Shown here in pieces: positions 56,548-64,000 of a stretch of DNA of 64,000 nucleotides. Under the pieces are notes generated by a model. That model worked only from the letters and a program-made list of their open reading frames with translations, did no database searches and was not told the origin of the DNA. Source of the stretch: an uncultured Candidatus Saccharibacteria bacterium (GTDB lineage: Bacteria > Patescibacteriota > Minisyncoccia > UBA11713 > 2-01-FULL-45-33); contig CAYXFX010000003.1 of NCBI GenBank assembly GCA_964464405.1, positions 6,410-70,409 of the forward strand, read 5' to 3'. Every line of letters begins with the position of its first letter. The stretch's first letter is position 1. Position numbers and translations under genes: made by a program.

Positions 56548-57551
56548 GCGGAAACAAATACGTTTTAATAGTAATTATCGCGTTGGTAATTTTGGGCGGA
56601 GTTTTTTTATATCCTTCCTTTTTTAATAAAAAAGAGGCGGTGCCCGAGCCGAAAAGAATTTCAATGTTGACGGCTTCCGATTTGCAGCTTTCGACAATCG
56701 ACGGGCTTAGGCTCGGATTTAAAGATCTGGGGTTAAAAGAAGGAGTAGATTTTGTTTTGGAACTTAGAAATCCCAAGGGAGATCGAGATGTTACTGCTAC
56801 AATGGCAAGAGAAATTATATCGAAAAAGCCCGATGTGATCGTAAGTATTTCAACAAGCGCAACAAGCGCAATACAAGAAGCCAACAAAGAAGCTAAGATT
56901 CCAACTGTTGCTATTGACGTTGGAAATTTCAAACAGCTCAATATCGAAAATATTCAGCGTCCGGGCGGATTTATAACGGGCGTTGTCGTAGATAATGTCG
57001 GTGTGGCGCCGAAAAGAATGGAAATGTTAAAAAAACTTTTACCGAATCTTAAGACGATTGGCGTAATCGCCAATCCCAAGCACGTAAGTTATAACGAAAT
57101 AATAGATGCGCACAACATGGGAGGGGAGAAGCTTGGAATAAAATCCGTTTATTATCACGCTACAAAAAAAGAAGAAATTGCGTCTATGCTTGAGAAAATT
57201 ACAAAAGAGAAGCCCGATGCAATTATGACGACATCGGAGGCTGTTATTTCCGGAAATGCGGAAACTATTGCATCGGCTTTGAGAAAATCAAAAATTCCAT
57301 CTTTGGACTTTAATATAGAAAGAGGCGTCGGATCCGGATATCTCATGGTATACGGCGTAGCCAGGTTTGATGTCGGAAAGCAAAGCGCTCGCATGGTTGC
57401 AAAAGTTCTACAGGGAGAAAAACCCGGAAATATTCCTGTGGAATTCGCTTCTCCGAGTTCTTTTGAAATAAACAACACGCTTGCGAAAGAAATAAACATA
57501 AAAATTCCTGAAGCTCTGCTTTTACAGGCAACCAAAGTTTATAATGAATAA
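56544..57551 (+). CDS. ABC-type solute-binding protein (ABC_sub_bind-like), membrane anchored
   Basis: RPGGFITGV, KRMEMLKKLLP, GEKPGNIPVE. Confidence 0.85.
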   Translation: MSGNKYVLIVIIALVILGGVFLYPSFFNKKEAVPEPKRISMLTASDLQLSTIDGLRLGFKDLGLKEGVDFVLELRNPKGDRDVTATMAREIISKKPDVIVSISTSATSAIQEANKEAKIPTVAIDVGNFKQLNIENIQRPGGFITGVVVDNVGVAPKRMEMLKKLLPNLKTIGVIANPKHVSYNEIIDAHNMGGEKLGIKSVYYHATKKEEIASMLEKITKEKPDAIMTTSEAVISGNAETIASALRKSKIPSLDFNIERGVGSGYLMVYGVARFDVGKQSARMVAKVLQGEKPGNIPVEFASPSSFEINNTLAKEINIKIPEALLLQATKVYNE

Positions 57552-57564
57552 AAGTATATAGTTT

Positions 57565-58572
57565 ATGGACGACAAATTAAGAAAATATATTTTGAGTGCG
57601 CTTATTTTGATACTTATCGTAAGTGTTGTTTTTATTTATAAAGACAAATTTTTTACAGAAGGAGAAAAAATTTTTAAAATCGGCATAATTGTTGACCAAG
57701 ATGTCCAAATTCCAAATGCCGAAGGATTTAAAAACAAAATGGCGGAACTCGGGTATATAGAAGGAAAAAATATTGCTTATATTTTTAAAAATCCGCAATC
57801 AAAACAAGATTTGCGCGATAAATATTTGGAAGAAATCATAAATTCGAAGCCGGATTTAATTGTTGCCGCTTCAACTATTATTGCAACCAACTTAAAAAAG
57901 AAAAATCTTGACACCCCGGTTATTTTTATGGACGTAGGCACCCTTTCCGGAGTTATCGAAAATCCGCTTGTGCCCGAAAGCAATATAACAGGAGTGTACG
58001 GGGGGTTCGTGGATTTTACTGGCAAGAGACTAGAGCTTCTTAAAACAATAGAACCAAACATCAAAAAAGTAATTATTTCGCCCGAAAAAAATTTTCCGAG
58101 CTACAAAGATTTTATGGGTTCACTAAAAGAAGCATCTGGCCGGTTAAATATTGAAGTTGTAGAAATTCCTACAAACGATGCCAAAGATTTTATTAGCAGG
58201 CTTCCGGAAATTGTAAATAAAAAAAATGGAGACGCCTTTCTTTATTTTACTGGGCCGAATAATACACCTGTAGATCAGTTAGATAAAAAAAAGATTGTAG
58301 ACCAACTAATTAAAGAAAAATTGCCTGCAATAAATCACAACATGGAAGTCGGAGCAAATATCGGAGTGCTTGCAAGTTACGGAAATTATCGTTCCGAGAT
58401 TGGCGAAGAAGCAGCATTGTTGGCAGATCAAATTATAAAAGGAGCTCTGGTTAAAAATGTGCCCGTTGTCCTGATTAAAACTCTTTCTTTGGAACTAAAC
58501 TTAAAGACTGCTCAAAAAATCGGTGTTTCCATATCAAAACCAATTTTAGACAGGGCAAATAAGATTTACTAA
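57565..58572 (+). CDS. Second ABC_sub_bind-like solute-binding protein
   Basis: NITGV, KRLELLK, LELNLKTAQKIG. Confidence 0.85.
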   Translation: MDDKLRKYILSALILILIVSVVFIYKDKFFTEGEKIFKIGIIVDQDVQIPNAEGFKNKMAELGYIEGKNIAYIFKNPQSKQDLRDKYLEEIINSKPDLIVAASTIIATNLKKKNLDTPVIFMDVGTLSGVIENPLVPESNITGVYGGFVDFTGKRLELLKTIEPNIKKVIISPEKNFPSYKDFMGSLKEASGRLNIEVVEIPTNDAKDFISRLPEIVNKKNGDAFLYFTGPNNTPVDQLDKKKIVDQLIKEKLPAINHNMEVGANIGVLASYGNYRSEIGEEAALLADQIIKGALVKNVPVVLIKTLSLELNLKTAQKIGVSISKPILDRANKIY

Positions 58573-58576
58573 TCTA

Positions 58577-60664
58577 ATGCGCAAAGGCCTTGGACTTTTT
58601 TCATCTGAACGGAGATCCCAACTTTGGGTTTTGGGGGTGGTTGCTGTCTTTACCTTGGTTGCTGCAAATATGGCGTGGCTTTTTCCTACGTTAGATGAGC
58701 TTGAAACAAACGCTTATTTTCTTGAGCGTGCTGTAGCAGTTGATGCGTTTAACCAACTGTCCTCTTTTTTTACAAGTCGAGAACGCGCTCTTTTGGCCGG
58801 AGCCGACCTTATTAACCAAAATCCTAAAATTTTTAACGACATTGTTTCGCGCTTGTTGAAAGAAAACCCTTCAATTGAGTCGCTTTCTGTCATCGATGTT
58901 TCCGGAAAGGAAATATTTAAAAACCATCGTTTTTTGTTGACAACGAAATCCGATTTAAGAAACAAATCTGACGAAGAATTGTTTAGAACGATTCAAAGAA
59001 AAGAAATATACAGAAGTTCGGTCGTTGTTTCCGGAGTTTCTGAGCCAATAATTACAATTGCCGTGCCGCTTGATTCATCAACGGGGTTTTCAGGCATTGT
59101 TGCGGAAATAAACCTTAAATTTTTGTTAGATGTGGTGCGAAACACGAAAATCGGGGAAGAAGGAATTTCTTATGTAGTGGACAAGGATGGATATATAATT
59201 GCTCACCCCAATTCTTCTTTAGTTTTTGGTAGAACAAACGCTCTGGACAGGAAATTAATCGCACGCGCTTTAGCCGGAGAAGAGGTTGATACTAGAAATG
59301 AAGAGTTTTCTTATCGCAATGAAAAAGGTGAAGACGTTTTTGCTATGGCATTGCCGTTTGAATTGACGGAATGGGCAATTATTGTAGAAAATTCGAAATC
59401 AACTGTTTTTGCTCCATCTCAAAGAATATTAAACGTTGCTATTATATCTTTTGGTCTGGAAATTTTACTGATAATACTTTTAATTTGGAACTACTTTAGT
59501 TTAGTCAGTACCGCCCAACTTTTTTATGATGAGAGAAACCAAAGAGAAGCAATTCTTAATAATTTGGGAGATGGAGTGTTGGAGTATAACGAAAATTCGA
59601 TGATTGTCCTTATGAATCCTAAAGCAGAAGAACTTCTTGGCGTTAAATTTAACGAAATTACTGGGATAAAAATAACACCGGAATTTACAAAAATACAGCC
59701 ACGTGCACAGGCGCTGGTGGAACTTTTATATCCTGCTTTGGCTCCTTTTACTTCGAGCGCAAAGGAAATGCATGGTACGAGATCAAAAATCATGGAACTG
59801 CACACGTCAAAACCGGAGCTCAAACTTTCCGTGACAATCACGCAGGTTATGGACCAAACCGGTGCAACTAGGGGCTTTTTGAAAATTATTCATGATATTT
59901 CGCGCGAGCAGCTGATTTCTCGCATTAAATCGGAATTTGTGTCGATCGCCGCACATCAGCTGCGCACGCCACTTTCCGCTCTTAAATGGACATTAAAATT
60001 AATTTTAGAAGGAGATGTGGGGCCACTAACTAAGGAACAGCGGGATTTTCTTGAAAAAGGATATATCACAAATGAAAGAATGATTAAATTAGTAAATGAT
60101 TTGTTAAATGCCGCACGAATAGAGGAAGGAAGATTTGGGTATGATTTGAAAGACTTTGACTTGGAAAGCCTTTTAAAAACTATTATTTCAAATTACAGTA
60201 CAAACGCTTTAAGTAAGTCAATTAACCTTACTTTTGAAAATAAAACAAAAAATTTACCGCAAATTTTCGCTGATCCGGAAAAAATCACTTTAGTTGTGAC
60301 CAATCTTTTGGACAACGCCTTTAAATATACGCCTAAAAACGGAAATATTTCACTTGTGCTGGACAAGCAGAATAATTTCGCAGTCGTAAGCATCAAAGAT
60401 AATGGGGTAGGAATCCCTGAAACTGAAAAAAAGAGGGTGTTTACGAAGTTTTTTAGGGCTTCTAACGTGCTTAAAATGGATACAGAGGGCACGGGACTGG
60501 GCTTATTTATTGTTCGCAATATTTTAAAAAGGCACGGTGGAAACATAACTTTTTCTTCAAAACTTGGAGAAGGTACCACTTTCTCTTTGACACTGCCTTT
60601 AAATAAGGAATATGTCCCCAAAACCGAGAGTCCACAGCTTGAGGAGTTTTTAGAAACAATCTAA
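58577..60664 (+). CDS. Sensor histidine kinase (dCache - PAS - HisKA - HATPase)
   Basis: YVVDKDGYIIAHP, AAHQLRTPL, NLLDNAFKY, DNGVGI, GTGLGL. Confidence 0.93.
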   Translation: MRKGLGLFSSERRSQLWVLGVVAVFTLVAANMAWLFPTLDELETNAYFLERAVAVDAFNQLSSFFTSRERALLAGADLINQNPKIFNDIVSRLLKENPSIESLSVIDVSGKEIFKNHRFLLTTKSDLRNKSDEELFRTIQRKEIYRSSVVVSGVSEPIITIAVPLDSSTGFSGIVAEINLKFLLDVVRNTKIGEEGISYVVDKDGYIIAHPNSSLVFGRTNALDRKLIARALAGEEVDTRNEEFSYRNEKGEDVFAMALPFELTEWAIIVENSKSTVFAPSQRILNVAIISFGLEILLIILLIWNYFSLVSTAQLFYDERNQREAILNNLGDGVLEYNENSMIVLMNPKAEELLGVKFNEITGIKITPEFTKIQPRAQALVELLYPALAPFTSSAKEMHGTRSKIMELHTSKPELKLSVTITQVMDQTGATRGFLKIIHDISREQLISRIKSEFVSIAAHQLRTPLSALKWTLKLILEGDVGPLTKEQRDFLEKGYITNERMIKLVNDLLNAARIEEGRFGYDLKDFDLESLLKTIISNYSTNALSKSINLTFENKTKNLPQIFADPEKITLVVTNLLDNAFKYTPKNGNISLVLDKQNNFAVVSIKDNGVGIPETEKKRVFTKFFRASNVLKMDTEGTGLGLFIVRNILKRHGGNITFSSKLGEGTTFSLTLPLNKEYVPKTESPQLEEFLETI

Positions 60665-60673
60665 ACTAAAGAT

Positions 60674-61471
60674 ATGAGCGACCATAAAATATTAATAATC
60701 GAAGACGAGCCTGTTCATTTAAACGTAATGAAGGCCAAATTAGAACATGAGGGGTATTTAATAAGTGTGGCCACAGATGGCGAGGAAGGGTACAAGGCAA
60801 TTAAAGAAACAAATCCTGATTTGGTGCTGCTTGATATAATTTTACCGAAACTTAACGGCTTCGATGTATTAGAAAAGGTAAGAAGCGAGGGTTTTACGGC
60901 CCCGATAATAGTAGTTTCTAATTCCGGCCAACCAGTTGAAGTAGATAGAGCGTTAAAATTAGGTGCTAACGATTATCTTGTTAAAGCAGAATTTAATCCC
61001 TCGGATGTTTTGGAAAAAGTTGAAAAATTTGTAAATAAACCACAAAGAGATAAATCAGCGGCTTTAAAAACGGAAACCGCTGGTTCGAATAAAAAGACGG
61101 CCATTTTAGTTGTTGAAGACGATAAATTTTTAAGAGATTTAATTGTACAAAAATTAAATAAAGAAGGTTTTTTTGCTACGGAGGCGATAGACGGAGAAGA
61201 GGGCTTAAAAAATGCAAAAGAAAAGAAACCCGACTTAATTCTTCTTGATTTAATTTTACCTGGCGTGGATGGTTTTGAGGTGCTTCGCCGCTTAAAAGCA
61301 GATTCTCAAACACAAGCCATTCCGGTAATTGTGCTTTCAAATTTGGGCCAGAAAGAAGACATGGATCGTGCAATTGCGTCCGGCGCAGAGGAATTTATGG
61401 TAAAGGCACATTTCACTCCGGGGGAAATCATTTCAAAAATTAAAGAAATACTAAACAAAAAATATTTTTAA
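60674..61471 (+). CDS. Tandem receiver (REC-REC) protein with no output domain
   Basis: Two REC domains, each with IEDE/VEDD, LLD and K. Confidence 0.9.
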   Translation: MSDHKILIIEDEPVHLNVMKAKLEHEGYLISVATDGEEGYKAIKETNPDLVLLDIILPKLNGFDVLEKVRSEGFTAPIIVVSNSGQPVEVDRALKLGANDYLVKAEFNPSDVLEKVEKFVNKPQRDKSAALKTETAGSNKKTAILVVEDDKFLRDLIVQKLNKEGFFATEAIDGEEGLKNAKEKKPDLILLDLILPGVDGFEVLRRLKADSQTQAIPVIVLSNLGQKEDMDRAIASGAEEFMVKAHFTPGEIISKIKEILNKKYF

Positions 61472-61472
61472 A

Positions 61473-62426
61473 ATGAAAAAAATAATAATTTTGCTTTTAA
61501 TTATAGCCGCTGTAGCTGCAGGATATTTTTATTGGCTGGATATTAACAAGATTGAAACTATTAAAATAAGCTCTGCAAACGCTGAAAACATGAAGCTTCT
61601 TTTTGCTGTAATGCAGGACAAAGGAATGACAGATAAGAATAAAATAAAATTAGATGTCGTTTATTCGGATCCTGCTGAAGCGGAAAGAAAAATGGTAGAT
61701 CGGTCCAACGGCGTTGAGGTTTCTGTTTTTAATCCGATAGCATTGGCAGCGACAAATCAACAAAAAAGGATAAATCTGAGAGCGTTTGTTGGGGTTCACA
61801 ACTCCTACCACGCTATTTTAGTAAAAAAAGATTCTACCTATAAAAAGTTGGAAGATCTTAAAGGGGCAAAAATCGCGATACGCCCCAAAGTAAGCGCTGC
61901 ATATAGTGCTTTTTCGGTAGGAATGCAAACGGCTGGTTTAAATTTAGAAAAAGATTTTAAACTGACGTTCGGATCCATTCCGCAAAATGTAGCTTCTCTT
62001 AAAAACGGAGAAGTGGATGCCACATTCTTAAATATATTTGAAACATCAAAATTATTAGCCGCCGGGCAGTATCGGGAGATCAACGATTTGGATCAAAAAT
62101 GGTTCGATGAAATGAAGTTCCCAATGCCGTTTGTGGATTTCGCGGCGCACGAAGATTGGATAAAGGAAAATCCTAAGAAAGTTAAGAGGCTAAAAATGAC
62201 AACATTGGAAGCGTTGGAATACATTCACAATAGTCCCAATCTTGCTTACGAATATAAGGATTTGCTTGGGTTAAAAACTGATGAGGAAATAAAGCTTGTA
62301 AAAAACCGCATCGATGGGAGCTATCCTACGGCATGGAATCCGGACATCCGGGAGCGAGTTTTGGAAAAAGCATTTAATCTCGGGTTTTTAAAAGAACTTC
62401 CGAAAGAAAAACTTTTTCTTGATTAA
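61473..62426 (+). CDS. NMT1/SsuA-type solute-binding protein
   Basis: ILVKKDS..LEDLKGAKIA, LKNGEVDA; N-terminal anchor. Confidence 0.8.
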   Translation: MKKIIILLLIIAAVAAGYFYWLDINKIETIKISSANAENMKLLFAVMQDKGMTDKNKIKLDVVYSDPAEAERKMVDRSNGVEVSVFNPIALAATNQQKRINLRAFVGVHNSYHAILVKKDSTYKKLEDLKGAKIAIRPKVSAAYSAFSVGMQTAGLNLEKDFKLTFGSIPQNVASLKNGEVDATFLNIFETSKLLAAGQYREINDLDQKWFDEMKFPMPFVDFAAHEDWIKENPKKVKRLKMTTLEALEYIHNSPNLAYEYKDLLGLKTDEEIKLVKNRIDGSYPTAWNPDIRERVLEKAFNLGFLKELPKEKLFLD

Positions 62427-62437
62427 AAAATAAGTTT

Positions 62438-63355
62438 ATGACTTTTCTTATTTTAGGCGACAATTCATATCTCGCCTTGCATAAAATTTCAGAAATTCGC
62501 GCTTCTTTTTTTAAAAAAAATAAAGAAGCTTTTTTGGATTATGAGGTAGACGAAAATGTAAATCTGGAAGAGATCCGGACTTTATTTAAACAAAAAAGCT
62601 TGCTTTCCCCAAAAAAACTGGTTATAGCAAAAAACGTATTAAATAAATACCCGGATTTACTCGTCTTCTTAGAAAAAGAAAAAGAACTTTTAAATTCTCA
62701 AGATGATTTTTTTGTTTTTTGGGAAGCGGATTTATCCGAAAACCAAAAAGCATTAGGTTTTTTTAAAAGGAACGCCGCACGAATACAAGAAGTAAAATTT
62801 AAAGACGCAGCAAATTTATCCAAATGGGTTGAAAAAAAATCAAAGGAACTCGGAATTTCTTTTTCTAAAGAAGAGCGCGATAACCTCGTGTCGCTTTTCG
62901 GAAATGCCGGGGAATGGTCGCTTGAAAATGAATTAGAAAAAATATCACTTAGTTCCGCCAGCACTGAAAAAATAAATTCAGGCTCGGAGGCAGTCTCTCC
63001 CTCCAGATTTTCCAGCAATGAATCTGCCGTTTTTAATTACGCTGATAAAATTTTTTATAATAACTTTTCACGCGCGGCGCTGGTTTATAAGAGCGCTCTT
63101 TTAGAAGGCGTTGATTCTATGCGCCTTTTTTACACGATTTGTTGGAAATTAAAAAATATAATTATGGTAAAAAGGGGAGAGGCACACACTTTGAGTCCGT
63201 ATGTCGCCAAAAAAACCGAAGCCGAGGCAAAAAACTTTTCCGAAAAAAAGATAACGGATGCTTATTGGAGTGCAATTGAAACGGAGTCTTTATTAAAAAG
63301 AGACGCAAAAAAAATAGACGAAAATATTGAAAAATTCCTATTTTCTTTTAACTAG
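62438..63355 (+). CDS. holA: DNA polymerase III delta subunit
   Basis: SLLSPKKLV, ENELEKI, PYVAKK; convergent with rpsT (conserved context). Confidence 0.75.
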   Translation: MTFLILGDNSYLALHKISEIRASFFKKNKEAFLDYEVDENVNLEEIRTLFKQKSLLSPKKLVIAKNVLNKYPDLLVFLEKEKELLNSQDDFFVFWEADLSENQKALGFFKRNAARIQEVKFKDAANLSKWVEKKSKELGISFSKEERDNLVSLFGNAGEWSLENELEKISLSSASTEKINSGSEAVSPSRFSSNESAVFNYADKIFYNNFSRAALVYKSALLEGVDSMRLFYTICWKLKNIIMVKRGEAHTLSPYVAKKTEAEAKNFSEKKITDAYWSAIETESLLKRDAKKIDENIEKFLFSFN

Positions 63356-63568
63356 TTGTGATTTGAGCCGCGCAGCTTTATTCTTTGCAATTATTCCCTT
63401 TTTTGCGGATTTGTCGATAATTTTGTAAGCGGCGCTCAGAGTTTCTTGAGTTTTTGACGTCGCAGCTTTTTTAATTGCTTGATGCAGCCGATCTTTCCAT
63501 TCACGGTTGTGCTCCCTTCTTTTTAAAGACTGGCGCAATGCTTTTTTTGCCGAACTTGTTATTGGCAT
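63338..63568 (-). CDS. rpsT: 30S ribosomal protein S20
   Basis: MPITSSAKKALRQS..IDKSAKKGII.KNKAARLKS. Confidence 0.96.
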   Translation of the reverse strand: MPITSSAKKALRQSLKRREHNREWKDRLHQAIKKAATSKTQETLSAAYKIIDKSAKKGIIAKNKAARLKSQLVKRK

Positions 63569-63610
63569 AAAAACAGTATAGAGCAGATTTTTTTTATTGT
63601 AAAGACATTA

Positions 63611-64000
63611 TTATTTTTTTATTGAATTTATAAAATCTCTGATTTCTGCTGCTTTCTCAAAATCAAGCACCCGCGCCGCTTCTAGCATTTCTTCTTCGAG
63701 CTCTTCTTTTAATTTTTCGCGGGACATTTCTTTAGAAATTTTTGTAATATCAAAATATTTTTTCTTCTTTTCTCCTTCTCTGGCGAAAATTGATTCGTTT
63801 ATTTCCCTTTTAATCGGCGAGGGACGGACGTTATTTTTCTTATTAAAGTTTTCCTGCGTTTTCCTTCTTCTTTCGGTTTCCGATATCGCGCTCCTCATAG
63901 ATTCCGTTATTTTATCTGCATACATTAAAACTGTTCCATCCGTGTGCCGCGCGGCTCTGCCGATCGTTTGAATTAATGTTTGTTCGTTTCTTAAAAACCC
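63611..64000 (-). CDS. uvrB: Excinuclease ABC subunit B, C-terminal part
   Basis: GFLRNEQTLIQTIGRAAR..MYADKIT.SM..ETERRR, UVR domain LDFEKAAEIRD. Confidence 0.95.
   Translation of the reverse strand, partial: GFLRNEQTLIQTIGRAARHTDGTVLMYADKITESMRSAISETERRRKTQENFNKKNNVRPSPIKREINESIFAREGEKKKKYFDITKISKEMSREKLKEELEEEMLEAARVLDFEKAAEIRDFINSIKK

Overview
This is a low-GC, gene-dense bacterial chromosome segment spanning the replication origin (jag-yidC-rnpA-rpmH | dnaA-dnaN). Gene content suggests a Patescibacteria/CPR (Parcubacteria-like) genome; that assignment is an inference. It carries housekeeping genes (clpP, tig, hppA, a Xer recombinase, rpsO, pnp, ahpC, comM, pcrA, rsmA, PBP1A, tyrS, ruvC, ruvB, pilB, tsaE, polA, holA, rpsT, uvrB) and a CPR-type VirB4/PrgI/VirB6/pilin cluster. 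It also has two signalling clusters in which solute-binding proteins sit with sensors but no transporter. The most unusual content is non-coding. (1) A ~680-nt GC-rich, hairpin-dense region follows a consensus sigma70 promoter (about 35900-36585) and is a candidate large structured RNA. (2) Two more promoter-driven structured RNA candidates lie at about 4930-5085 and 48608-48780, the latter 6S-like. (3) Several dispersed palindrome families occur; two bracket a putative nucleic-acid-acting gene (a PaaX/Cas2-like gene and a DUF559 nuclease), and some copies sit in frame inside protein-coding genes. All protein calls come from motif recognition and all RNA pairings were found by eye; no database searches were run.
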